Source: a virus. From it: a stretch of 64,000 bases of DNA. The position numbers and the translations under genes are program-made. This document shows, one piece after another, positions 27,978 through 38,703 of this stretch; positions within the stretch are counted from its first letter, which is position 1, and every line of letters starts with the position of its first letter. Under the pieces are notes generated by a model that saw nothing but the letters and a program-made list of their open reading frames with translations, ran no database searches and was not told where the DNA came from. The stretch is from positions 94,302 to 158,301 of IMG/VR virus record IMGVR_UViG_3300020477_000001. One strand, 5' to 3'.

Positions 27978-28220
27978 ATGAAGAGAAAAGGTTCTGGCAA
28001 AACAAAGGGAGCGACCAGCTTCGTACAAGTGACACTGGGAGAGCTCAACCGCGTACTCAAAGAGGGTGCAGTGGTTGTGGTCAGTCGCAAGTACGCCGAG
28101 CAACTGGAGCTCGATTCTAAGCCCATGTATTCTAATTACAAGAATCTTGAGGCCCACTCAAACCAAATCGATGTCAAGATCGATGAACCGGAGGACACAA
28201 TTGATTTCAAAGTAGAATAA
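27978..28220 (+). CDS. hypothetical protein
   Basis: ORF track; leaderless promoter architecture. Confidence 0.6.
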   Translation: MKRKGSGKTKGATSFVQVTLGELNRVLKEGAVVVVSRKYAEQLELDSKPMYSNYKNLEAHSNQIDVKIDEPEDTIDFKVE

Positions 28221-28293
28221 TGGAATAACAACACGAACGAAAAGACTTCATAAAAGTCTTGACCTAACTTAAAAAACTATATAATATATCCCT

Positions 28294-29253
28294 ATGACGA
28301 ACGAACGAACTATCCCCAACCCTTTCGAGGGTATCATTGGCCAAAAGAAGGCTAAGAAACAGATAAACTTTTACAGGCGAGGCTACAATGCCACAGGTAT
28401 TCTTCCTCACCTATTGTTTGTTGCTCCGAAAGGATGCGGCAAGACCATGCTGGCTAAGGCTGTTAAAGACACTCTTATGTCCAGAGAGAACCCAGAGAAA
28501 GCTAAGAAGTTTCTGGAGATTAACTGCTCTACGCTTCGCAACGTCAAGCAGTTCTTTAATCAAATCATGATTCCTCATGTTCAACACGAGGAAGTCACAA
28601 TCTTATTCGATGAATCCTCTGAGATTCCTCACGATGTTTCGATGGCACTGCTTACGTGCTTAAACCCGAACAAGCATAATCGTAACGAGTTCTCTTACGA
28701 GGACTATACGGTAGAGATTGACTTCTCGCGACACACTTTCATGTTCGCCACCACCGAGGTGCAGACCATGTTCCACGCTCTTATTGACCGATGCAAGCGC
28801 ATCGATCTACAGGAGTACTCTTTAAAGCAACTCGGACAGATTCTCAAGGTTAACCTTGAGGGTATCGAGTTCGAGGAGGGTCTGATGCCCGACATCGCCT
28901 CTACTCTTAGGGGCAATGCTCGTAAAGCAGTTCAGACTGCCAACGACATTTCCTCGTACATGGCGGCGGAGGAGCGAGGTTACTTCACTCGCAAGGACTG
29001 GAACCTGTTCAAAGATGAGCTAGGAATCGAGCCACTCGGATTGTCTCCGATTGAGATTCAACTCTTAGAGATTCTCAACGACAAACCAGAGTGCAGCTTG
29101 ACCTACCTGTCAGCCAAGACTGGCATGACCAAGGCGGCAGTACAGAGGGACATTGAGATGTACCTTCTCAAGAACGATCTAATGGAGATCGGCACTGGCG
29201 GACGCAAGATCACCAACAATGGACGTGAGACCTTGGAGGTCATCAATGGATAA
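28294..29253 (+). CDS. ruvB: Holliday junction branch migration ATPase, RuvB-like
   Basis: IIGQ, HLLFVAPKGCGKT, LFDE, FATTE, LIDR, RGNARKA, C-terminal winged helix E.YL..GRKIT. Confidence 0.8.
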   Translation: MTNERTIPNPFEGIIGQKKAKKQINFYRRGYNATGILPHLLFVAPKGCGKTMLAKAVKDTLMSRENPEKAKKFLEINCSTLRNVKQFFNQIMIPHVQHEEVTILFDESSEIPHDVSMALLTCLNPNKHNRNEFSYEDYTVEIDFSRHTFMFATTEVQTMFHALIDRCKRIDLQEYSLKQLGQILKVNLEGIEFEEGLMPDIASTLRGNARKAVQTANDISSYMAAEERGYFTRKDWNLFKDELGIEPLGLSPIEIQLLEILNDKPECSLTYLSAKTGMTKAAVQRDIEMYLLKNDLMEIGTGGRKITNNGRETLEVING

Positions 29254-30332
29254 AGTTACTGCGGAACAGCTTAAGAGAGAGCCATCGGCTCCCTTCGATA
29301 GAATCGTTCGTCATATGGAGGATTTCCTCGCTGCGCGGATGTGCAGCGAGGAGTCCTTCAACCAAGTGAAGCGTAACACCTACAAGTACACAGACTGCGG
29401 CGCTTGGATTGACGAGGACGAGAACGGTATTACTGTAGGAAGTATTGTCGAAGGAGCAGACTACGGAACCTCGACTTACGTTTTAATCTACCCATTCAAG
29501 ATTCAAGAATTCTGGGATGCATTGAATGAAGTAGAGATGGAGGCTAAACAAATCTGGGAGGAGGTCAATGGAGAAGAACAATGACATAGACTTCGCAATA
29601 TTAAACCAAAAAAGATATGAAAAATATAAAGGAATTAATTTAAGTACTTGTTTCTTAGTACATGAATCAGAAAAGGGACACATGAAGGACTGGACTTGTA
29701 TCACGCGGAATGATGACTTCTTTAGAGTAAACATTATCGCAGGTATGGTCTCAATGATGAGAGGAGAAACAGAGTACGACATTACGGGACCAGCAACAAA
29801 TATACTAAACCCCGTACTAGGATTACAGAACAAAGAAGATTTGGAAAAATGTAAATTCTCTGATATAAAGAAGTTTATGAAATGGAGAATCAATAAAGAT
29901 AACTATATAGAATAAGATTATGAATAAGAAAGATACAAATACATATGTTGTTAAGATGACCGAAACCAGCAACGGAGTGGTCGTAGACTCAGTGCAGCAA
30001 CTCGTACAAGTGCTCGGTGTAGATCGTGAGAAGTATAAGACTATCGACAAGCGCGACTTCACCAGCAAGCATCTCAATACTGTTACTAAATTCACAGCGC
30101 GTTAATGAAGAAGTCTCACTGGAAAGAAGGTCTTGAAATACCCAAGCCACCAAAGGGAATCACTCACGCCCAAATAAAGTGTGGCAAGAAGAAGTCTACC
30201 GTAACTATAAACGACTTCGACACTTTCCGAGGGGTAGAGGGAATGGTGCGCTGGGGTAAGCAAAAGAAGAACAGTAAAACAATTGAATTAATAGGAGAAG
30301 AATTCTTTTGGGACGGATTTAAAGTAGAATAG
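29246..30332 (+). CDS. run of four small hypothetical genes (29246-29584, 29568-29915, 29920-30105, 30105-30332)
   Basis: ORF track; overlapping starts and stops. Confidence 0.5.
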
Positions 30333-30400
30333 GAACTACAACACAACATAATATTCGCGACTCGCAAGGGAACTACAACACGTTCAAGGACTTGGTATAA
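30332..30400 (+). repeat. two 13-nt cores GGAACTACAACAC at a stop codon
   Basis: 30332-30344 and 30369-30381, 24-nt spacer. Confidence 0.7.
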
Positions 30401-30906
30401 AAATTTCCTCCCAAACCGTGGGCTATCCCAACCCCACACCGGAGTCGATGGAATAGAGGCGGAAGAGAGCTCCGCACTAGCGATGGGGATATCGCTACGT
30501 TTAACACCATCGGCTCCTTGACTTCTTTCAAATAACCTCGTATACTAATACCAGCAAACCAAATAATACAATTTTATCTTTCCTGTATTATTGAAAGTTC
30601 AAACTTCTTAATGTCTCTATGCAATTTAGGGACAACTTCTGCCCTTCATCGGCAAACAAAAATGAATCAAATAACACCAAATAAAAGCGAACCATATACG
30701 AACAAATAATAGACAAATAAAATAGATATAAGAATATAAGAATATAAAATTTGGCGGGTGACCCTATAATAATAGAACAACAATTGTTAATAACTTTTTA
30801 ATAATGTTAATAATTTTTTCTTGACTTAAACATACAGAAAAACGGAATAACAATTATTTTTTTCTTGACAAGCAAAATCGTGTAGAAAATTTTTTATATT
30901 TTTTTG

Positions 30907-30968
30907 TTGACTCGAAAACCTCGGCGCGAGACAATTGCATTGTCGCCCGCCACGTTTTGGCCTGTCAA
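30907..30968. repeat. TTGAC...GTCAA palindromic element, copy 1
   Basis: CGGCGCGAGACAAT-n-ATTGTCGCCCGCC core. Confidence 0.85.
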
Positions 30969-31385
30969 GCATTTAATTAAATTATTTTACCAAGCCACAG
31001 TACCTTTCGTATTACTATTAATACAAGTAATATTATTATAAGATTATTATAGTTCATTTATTCTAGTGATAAGATTGTCGATTCCGTCTTGCTTCTTTTG
31101 GTAGCTCTCTTTATCTCTGCCTATGTGGGGACTTAAGTCACTAAGGAAAGACACACGCCACCGCTGCCATTCTAATAAAGAAACCTTTAATAATTCTAGT
31201 TCTTGTTTTGATATTTCTATTTTCATTATTGTTATAAGATTCGAAGGGTTTACCCGCCCCCATTACGGGGGCGGGGTGGGCGCAGATACTATCGCGTGAG
31301 CTTTTCCATCTCACAAAACAATACTATCAACACATACGCCCCGATGATGTATCCGAATATTTCGCCACGCATCACCTCCTTCCAA

Positions 31386-32132
31386 CTACTTCCACTCAAC
31401 AAAGCCAGTGATTTGCTCTGGTTGACGTAGAAACTTTTTGATATTCCCAATCTCAGCAATGCTAGGCTTGTATTTAAGGCCCACGATTTTACCAATTGGG
31501 TCTGTAAAGCGCAAGTCTGATTCATCGCCGTTAATCACTTCCCAACCCCCGAAGTCTGTAGCAGGTAGTTCACCCGCGTATACTACAGCAACATTGACGC
31601 CCCAGCCCAGAAATTGCGCTACTTGCTCGTCACTGGTGTTTTCACTGCGGGAATAAGTTAGGTGGTAGTTCTTGGGCAGTTTACCCTGTGCATATTCTAC
31701 AACGCGGGAAATGTGCTTGGTATAATCATAGAACTGTAAATTGGGGAAAGCTTCAAAGATGTTCTGCCCGTCCAGCTTGTAATCCTCCCAACGTAAATCA
31801 CTTGTACCGTTGAGACGTTCGCAGGGAATGAGATTCTTTTTATTGGATAGCTTGATATGATTTGCTGTTTCCTTCCATAGTTGACGCAAAAATGCTTCTT
31901 CATCATTGACAAGAAACTTTGTCTTTTTGATTCGTGCCTCTTGAATTGGATTCATGCGCCCACGGCCAGAAGTAAACAAACACGCCTTGCGGCATTCTTT
32001 GGATGCGCTTGTGCAGGTGTTCGTTACTCCGCTGACGTTACTTGGGGCAAGGTAAATGATGGCGGTGGAGTATTGCTTTTTGCGTCCTTTGACAGTCTTT
32101 GCGTTGTTATCGATACCGAGAATCTTTTGCAT
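31386..32132 (-). CDS. GP88-family phage protein
   Basis: C..AS..C...CL, RLNGTSD, FYDYTK, NYHLTYS, GDESDLRF. Confidence 0.7.
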   Translation of the reverse strand: MQKILGIDNNAKTVKGRKKQYSTAIIYLAPSNVSGVTNTCTSASKECRKACLFTSGRGRMNPIQEARIKKTKFLVNDEEAFLRQLWKETANHIKLSNKKNLIPCERLNGTSDLRWEDYKLDGQNIFEAFPNLQFYDYTKHISRVVEYAQGKLPKNYHLTYSRSENTSDEQVAQFLGWGVNVAVVYAGELPATDFGGWEVINGDESDLRFTDPIGKIVGLKYKPSIAEIGNIKKFLRQPEQITGFVEWK

Positions 32133-32200
32133 GAGTAGATTATAGGGATAAGAATAAAGAGAGTCCAGAATAAAATTTAATTATTTTTAAAATTAAATGC

Positions 32201-32264
32201 TTGACTCTGAAAACGCGGCGCGAGACAATCTCTGATTGTCGCTCGCCGAGCTTTAGCGTGTCAA
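32201..32264. repeat. 64-bp palindromic element, copy 2
   Basis: TTGACTCTGAAAACGCGGCGCGAGACAATC-TCT-GATTGTCGCTCGCCGAG...GTCAA. Confidence 0.9.
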
Positions 32265-32615
32265 TAAAAAAAGCCCACCTTTCGGCGGGCTGTGAATTGC
32301 AAGAACTAAATTAAGCCGAGTAGCCTAAGCCAGCTATCTGGATGGTCTGGCTCTACTGGGTCTCCGTCTGGCGTTTCGCATACAGAGTCCCAGACCCATT
32401 CCTCAATTTGTTCCATGTCGGGAGTCATAAATTCCCGCCCTTGCCATGTTATTACTTTAGGTATCATAATATTTTAGTCCTCCAATCTTTCGTTATCGCG
32501 AGCCATGTTCTCAAGTTTGCCCCGCTTGTCTTCACTGAGTTTCTCCATTTCTTCGCGGTTTAACTCCTCATCCCATAATATGTCTTCTCTTGATACACTC
32601 ATTGTTTTCCTTTGG

Positions 32616-32810
32616 TTAGTCGTTAAAAATGTTCATTGCCCTCTCCAAGCCTTGTCGAACTTCGTATGGGTAAGAGCTATGTTGCTCTATGATTCTCTTG
32701 GCTTGATGCTCTACGGTTTCGGCAACCTCAAGTGATATTCTGAGCTTCTGGGTGATTTCTTGCATTTGCCTCACCCTTTCGTCTTGCTTCTCGCGTTCTT
32801 CGTTCGACAT
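32616..32810 (-). CDS. hypothetical protein (leaderless)
   Basis: TATAAT-6 nt-ATG. Confidence 0.5.
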   Translation of the reverse strand: MSNEEREKQDERVRQMQEITQKLRISLEVAETVEHQAKRIIEQHSSYPYEVRQGLERAMNIFND

Positions 32811-32887
32811 GGTTCTATTATAGGGACACGAATAAGGAACACAAGAAAAAAAGAAAAAAAGTTTTTTTAAAAAAGAGAAGAATAAGC

Positions 32888-32951
32888 TTGACCCAAAAAA
32901 CGCGGCGCGAGACAATCTTCGATTGTCGCCCGCCGAGCTTTCGCTCGTCAA
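32888..32951. repeat. 64-bp palindromic element, copy 3
   Basis: Same consensus; loop TTC. Confidence 0.9.
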
Positions 32952-33387
32952 GCTTTTTTTATCGCTGCGGCGGAAGTTCTATCGAGTCGCCGCCAGAGAA
33001 GTCAAGATTATCTTCATCTGGGTATGATTGTTGCCACGCGATAAAATCCAGCATTATTTTTTCGGGGTTCGGCGTATTCCGCACAACCCTGCTCAACTTA
33101 CAAGCTACCTCGTATGCGTTGGGGCTTTCGTCTTTTATGATTTTATTGTCAAATTTGTATTCAACTGCGCGAGTTTTGTCATTTAATAGAATTGCAAAGT
33201 GTTTGTCCATAATGTTTCGGGGATTTGCCCCGCCCCGAAAGGGGCGAGGCTTTTGTTTTTGTTTTAATTAAAGGCATCCCAAAAGATTGCCAGCATTATT
33301 ATTAGTAGGAACCACGAGGCATCGCCAACGCATCACCTCCCTTCATCTTAAAAAGTTCCCCGCCCCCGAAGGGGCGGGGTGTGATTG

Positions 33388-34284
33388 TTAAGCCTCGACG
33401 GCTACGAGTTCCTCCTCTTTAGGAGCCTCGACCTTGAGCACTAGCTCGGAGCGATTCTCTGGAATCGCGAGCCGATTTACTGCCTTGGTGAACCGCTGAG
33501 TCAGCGTGTTCGCTTGCAGGTAGCGACCATCCGCAACGCTGGTTTGGTGCGTGAAGTGCTGAGTGCCAGCATTCAGCAGATTCCACAAGTTGCGGTCACT
33601 GTCCTCCTCATGGCGAGGATCGTTCCAGACTTGCGCGATGCCCTCGCGGACAACCTCGCTCACCACTTTGTCCTTCACCATGTGCTGAAGGATGTTCAAG
33701 CCCTGTTCTTGGGTCAACTCGACAGCAGCCATGCGGCTGAAGATGTTGTCCTCATTCCGCAATGCGCGGAACGAATCCAGAGCCTTGCTCAACCCATCGG
33801 CAATGCCGCCTAGGTTGATGATGCCAGTGTGGCGCTTGGAGAAGTCAAACTCCTTGTCCATAGCGACCATGCCGTTGCTGCAAACCAGTCGCAGCATACC
33901 CAAAGCGAAACTCGCTTTCTGGGTTTTGTCGAAGGAATTACCCAGTGTAAGGCGCATTCCCATAGCGTCCCCAACTTTGACGTTGGGAATGTTGACAACC
34001 TCATTCGGGAAGTTGTATTCGGCCCACACACTCGCGCCATCGGCGGTTGCGCGGATAGTCCTCTCCCAATCGAGATTGGCAGAGCGGAACGCGTCCTCGG
34101 CGGTATTCACCAAGTCGCGTGTTTGAACCACTTTGTAGTGGTCGGAGACGGGAGCGATTAGCTGACCAGTGTCCATACGCTTGGTGAAGAAACCGGGAGC
34201 TTTGACTCCCTCGCCATCACGGACGCGCACTAACTCAACGTCATAATCCCAAACGTCATTTAGCTTACGGGCTGTTCGTGCCAT
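33388..34284 (-). CDS. DUF932-family protein
   Basis: VSDHYKVVQ, NSFD, RLVCSNG, RH, NLWNLLNA.T. Confidence 0.75.
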   Translation of the reverse strand: MARTARKLNDVWDYDVELVRVRDGEGVKAPGFFTKRMDTGQLIAPVSDHYKVVQTRDLVNTAEDAFRSANLDWERTIRATADGASVWAEYNFPNEVVNIPNVKVGDAMGMRLTLGNSFDKTQKASFALGMLRLVCSNGMVAMDKEFDFSKRHTGIINLGGIADGLSKALDSFRALRNEDNIFSRMAAVELTQEQGLNILQHMVKDKVVSEVVREGIAQVWNDPRHEEDSDRNLWNLLNAGTQHFTHQTSVADGRYLQANTLTQRFTKAVNRLAIPENRSELVLKVEAPKEEELVAVEA

Positions 34285-34470
34285 AAGTTGTCCTTTCGCT
34301 TTCGGGGTTTCGTTTCGCGAGGTACTGCCTGTTTCCCTCGCACTGGGAATATTAAACCATTATTTTTAAGTTCGTACAAGATTAAAATGTAACTATTTTA
34401 AGTAGTCACAGGAATGATCACGGGGGAAAGTCAAGAATAAAAAGAAACTTTAATTGTGAGTATTTAGGGC

Positions 34471-34534
34471 TTGACTCTGAAAACGCGGCGCGAGACAATC
34501 GGAGATTGTCGCCCGCCGAGCCTTCGCTCGTCAA
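34471..34534. repeat. 64-bp palindromic element, copy 4
   Basis: Same consensus; loop GGA. Confidence 0.9.
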
Positions 34535-34611
34535 GCTTTTATTTTAATAAAATTACTCGAAAAACATTGCTATAATACTTATCGAAATTACTATTGCACT
34601 AATCGCTTCCA

Positions 34612-34968
34612 TTATATCACCTCCAGTTTTTTTATTGATTTTGTTTTAACTTTAAGCATCCAAGACTCGGCGTTTTCTCCGATGGCTTGCAACCAATCTT
34701 TAGGGGTAGGTACGAACCCGCAGTCTTCCTCAACGTGTTGTTCTGCCAGCATCTTCGTGGGAATCAACTTACCATTTGAGTTTCGGATAACGTGTCCGAA
34801 CCTTTCAACGGCCCATTGAATACCCGCAGAATGATGACGCAATGCGCGGTGAGTCCAATCACCTGTGAATGCTTTGGTTTCATCAAACCAATCGTGCAGA
34901 GCAATGTAGTCAGTAGGGTTACCTCCCCACTTTTTAGCAGATGACTCACTGTGTTTCCAAGGTGTCAT
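34612..34968 (-). CDS. DUF6915-like protein
   Basis: P..H..SSAKKWGG...DYIALHDWFDETK, HRALRHHS.G, EQHV.EDCG..PT..DW. Confidence 0.65.
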   Translation of the reverse strand: MTPWKHSESSAKKWGGNPTDYIALHDWFDETKAFTGDWTHRALRHHSAGIQWAVERFGHVIRNSNGKLIPTKMLAEQHVEEDCGFVPTPKDWLQAIGENAESWMLKVKTKSIKKLEVI

Positions 34969-35305
34969 GGTACTCCTCCCCTTTCTGAACGGCGTGATAC
35001 CATTCTTGCGTTGACATTGTTTGGTTGTTGAGGTCATAAGTGATAGTGTCACCATAGCTTGTCCCATCACCAGCACCACTGTATTGGTAAACAGTCCATA
35101 CCCATTCTTCAATGTCTGATTCTAGGTCACGGATTTTTTTACGAACCTCATCCGTTTGTTCACCGTATTGGGCCATGTTATCACCTCGTATTTCAACGTA
35201 AAGGTATCCTTCATCGCTACCTCCCGAAAATTCGAGAGTGACAATATCGCCTCCGAGGGCGACGACTCTTTCGTATAGTTCTTTCTTTAATGGTTTTGCG
35301 TCCAT
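34946..35305 (-). CDS. DUF6878-like protein
   Basis: LEFSGGSDEG motif; adjacent to the DUF6915-like gene. Confidence 0.5.
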   Translation of the reverse strand: MDAKPLKKELYERVVALGGDIVTLEFSGGSDEGYLYVEIRGDNMAQYGEQTDEVRKKIRDLESDIEEWVWTVYQYSGAGDGTSYGDTITYDLNNQTMSTQEWYHAVQKGEEYHDTLETQ

Positions 35306-35692
35306 GATTTATTCTCCTATTAGGGTTACTCCAACCACTTTCTCGTGGGGATATGTTTGTTCGAATTTCCTCAATGCATGCGCCCGACTCTCGGCAAGGA
35401 TAGATACCCTTTCTCCGAACTGGGTGCAGATTGCGTATAGTTTACATTTTACTTTCATGTTAGCTCCTTTTTAGTCTCTGTCTTTCAAGTCAAGAGGGGC
35501 GTTGAATTGGGCATCCCACTGGGCTTGCTCTTCATCACGCTTGCGGTTGATCTCCTGCCTTCTTTTCATCTCAGCGAGCCACTCGTGGAGGTCTTTCTTG
35601 AATTCGTTTTTGTTGTCTTTCATGTGTCTGATTATAGAGAGTTTAATAATAATGTCGAGAATTATTTTTAATTATTTTTATCAATTATATGC

Positions 35693-35756
35693 TTGACTTG
35701 AAAAACGCGGCGCGAGACAATCTTCGATTGTCGCCCGCCGAGCTTTCGTTCGTCAA
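35693..35756. repeat. 64-bp palindromic element, copy 5
   Basis: Same consensus. Confidence 0.9.
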
Positions 35757-35871
35757 GCTTTTATTTTAATAAAAAAACCCCAGCAGTGAAGCCGCACTGC
35801 TGGGGAGTCTAGTGGTAATGATGCCGACGTTTGAGCAGCGAATCTCGCCCGTCAACATACTCCGTTCAATT

Positions 35872-37863
35872 TTACGAAATTGTCCCGTGATATTCTTGTT
35901 CTATCTTTTCAACATTCGTTTGGGACTTCGGGCTGTAGTCGTGGACTTTTATGTGATTCTTTTGGAATCTGTGATAGTCTTCCTTTTCTATGCTACTAAT
36001 CCACTCTTCGGCCTTCTTTTCCAAGAGTTTTTCCATAGCCTCTTCTTCTTCCAAACTATCGTAACTAGCCGCGCCGTACTTCATATCCAATGCGCTTTTG
36101 AGTCCGCGCTTGAGGCGTTGCCTGTTGGTCCAGACGAACGCGCAGTATGGTGCGTGTGTTTCATTAATCCAGTCTAGCTCTTTGCTGCCCGTGGCGTTGT
36201 TGTTGTACAAAGACCAGTAGCGAGCGATTAGTGCTTCCTTGTCGTCGGATGTTAGCACCAGCTTCATCACTGAGCCGTTCTTGGCGCAACTAAGTTTTAC
36301 TCCGTCGTTATTCATGTTCTAGTATTCTCCTCTCTGTAATTCGAGTTGTTCTTGGTGGTCGGCAGCGCATTCGCGTTCGCTCGGCATTTCCTCTGGGTTG
36401 TTTTGCACATAGGCTTCCGCGTGCTCCATAAGAAACTTTTCAATGTCTTTGCTCCAGCTAACTAGTTCCACCTCTTTATCGCCCATCCACTCTGTGGCTT
36501 TCGTGATGTAGATATGCTCTGGTTGTCCGTGCTTATCCCACTCGACTTCAAACTCCGCGTAGAGTTCGATTCCGTCTTTTTCTAGTTCTTCTAAACTGTG
36601 TTTCGTTGTCATGCTTCTGATTATATAGATTAGCTTTTATGAGTCAAGATATTTTTATTTGAGTGGCACGAAATATCCTTCTTCCTCATAAATACCCAAG
36701 GGCAAATTCTTTGATTTAAGTCTTTCGTATGTTTCTAATTCAAGCGCAACTTCATCTTCGATAAGTTCATTTACATAGTATGCACCATTACTAAATTCTT
36801 CAGCGTAGAATTTCTTGTAGTATTTTCTAGCTTTAGCTTCAATAGCTTCTGCTTCAGCAATTGATTCTTCTAAATGGGGATTTGTTTCGTTTTTCATAAT
36901 TGTTATTCTTTTTCTTCTAGATATTCTTCCATGTAGTTCTGCATCTCGGAATGAGCCTTGTTCATCTTCACCAACCAAGGCGGAAGGTTAGGGTTGTCGT
37001 GCCAAATTCCATAGCGTTCATAGAGTTCGCAAAGTATGGTGTCGATTTTGTCTTCGTAGTACTTTAAGTCTTCGTGTGTCATGATATTAATGAATTACTT
37101 TTGTATTGGTCACCATGTCAAAGTTTAGCTGAACGTGTTTAGACCTATCTTCGTAATAGGGTTGTCGTGTGTCACTTATGGCATCTTCGACACAACCATA
37201 TGGGCCTTGTTCAACAAACCAGCCATTTTGGCTTGTTATAAACCAGCATTCGTCTGCGGGATGTGTTCCCGCTTGGATGACTCGCTTTTCGATTTGAAAG
37301 ATTTCGTTTGTCATGGTGTTGATTATAGGGATATGGGCTTCATTGGTCAAGATTATTTATCCTCCATAAATTAATATTTTAAGTTCTTTTGCGACGTTGA
37401 CTAGAATAAACCAATCAACAGATATCAATATTGTTTCTATAATTGTTTTCATATTAAAATGTCCTATGTTTCAAGTCTTTTGGCGTAGTAGTTGGTGGTC
37501 GCCACCCTTGATCGCATTTGCAATACTTTGGGCAATCATCTTCCGCGTTGCCTTCTTTCGCTGCCGTTTCGTGACAGGTGGGACAAAGAAATAGATGCCT
37601 CATCTGCGGATGGTCTTGGCAGAACTTTTTAGTTAACGGGCCGTATTTCATTAGTATATCCAGTTCGTTACTTGTGCGTGAACGAAATCGGATGGTAGAC
37701 TATCCAATTCGTCATCAGTTAAATCTCTCACTTCACCATCTGGCGTGTCTGGGTCATCGTATTTTGCGCTCTCGATGTAAGCATCTACATAGTCGGGAGC
37801 ATCCTCATGGTTGATTCCATCGATTTTCACGTCTTCAATAAATGCTAGGTTAATCTCTTTCAT
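35872..37863 (-). CDS. run of small minus-strand hypothetical genes (35872-36315, 36319-36612, 36655-36897, 37087-37314, 37454-37651, 37651-37863)
   Basis: ORF track; several have TTGAC/TATAAT promoters 6-7 nt from the ATG. Confidence 0.5.
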
Positions 37864-37930
37864 GCCTCGATTATACAGACCTCAATAACTATGTCGAGAA
37901 TTATTTTGAGAAAGTTTTTTAATTATATGC

Positions 37931-37994
37931 TTGACCTAGAAAACGCGGCGCGAGACAATCGGAGATTGTCGCCCGCCGAGCTTTAGCTCGTCAA
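37931..37994. repeat. 64-bp palindromic element, copy 6 (at the strand switch)
   Basis: Same consensus. Confidence 0.9.
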
Positions 37995-38061
37995 GCTTTT
38001 CTTTCTTTTATTTTCTTTATTTTTTACTGTACTTATATTTTCGTATCTCTATAATGGAGCC

Positions 38062-38598
38062 ATGCAAAGCACAAGAAGGAGAGACTTGAAGATAAAGGTC
38101 AATCAAAGGATTGATGAGTTAGATGAGATGACTACTCGCAAGTGGGGTTCTGGTGCAGTTCCAGAGGTGTCATTGGATTACGGTCTTAAAGGTCACGTTG
38201 GTGGTCGCGCTAACTATCTCAAGGAAGAGATTCAGATTAATTATTATTTGTTGGATAAGTATGAAGATGATTATATCCACCAAACCATCGGGCATGAATA
38301 TGCCCACCTTGTAGCTTTCAAGGTTTATGGTCGCTCTATATTAGGCAAGCCACATGGCAAGGCTTGGAAGTATGTGATGCGTTGCTTGGGCATGGAACCA
38401 AAGCGCTGTCACAACTACGAGACGAAAGCGGCACGCAGAACACGTACTCATTCCTGTGAGTGTAGTCGCTGTGGTAAAAGATTTGAATTGAGTACTATAC
38501 GATTTAATCGAATATTGAGAGGCACGCGCTACCTGTGTCCAAAATGTAAAGGTAGAATTGAGCCTGTGATGATTGAAGGCCCGAAGATGTATTCTTAA
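38062..38598 (+). CDS. SprT-family zinc metalloprotease
   Basis: GGRA, HEYAH, PHGKAWK.VM, C.C..C...CPKC. Confidence 0.85.
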   Translation: MQSTRRRDLKIKVNQRIDELDEMTTRKWGSGAVPEVSLDYGLKGHVGGRANYLKEEIQINYYLLDKYEDDYIHQTIGHEYAHLVAFKVYGRSILGKPHGKAWKYVMRCLGMEPKRCHNYETKAARRTRTHSCECSRCGKRFELSTIRFNRILRGTRYLCPKCKGRIEPVMIEGPKMYS

Positions 38599-38703
38599 AA
38601 AAAAGATTGACTATGATATTTGATAATGTTAATCTCTTTTCAGTCATAGGTGAAGTACATTAAACGCCCGTTAAGAGGTAGCGGCCTGTGACAATTAATT
38701 TAT

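Noticed and set aside
31289-33345. Type I toxin-like hydrophobic peptides after GGAGGTGATGCG on the minus strand (near 31372 and 33333)
   Set aside because: The SD-to-start spacing is implausible, the hydrophobic frame of the second copy has no start codon, and no antisense partner is evident.
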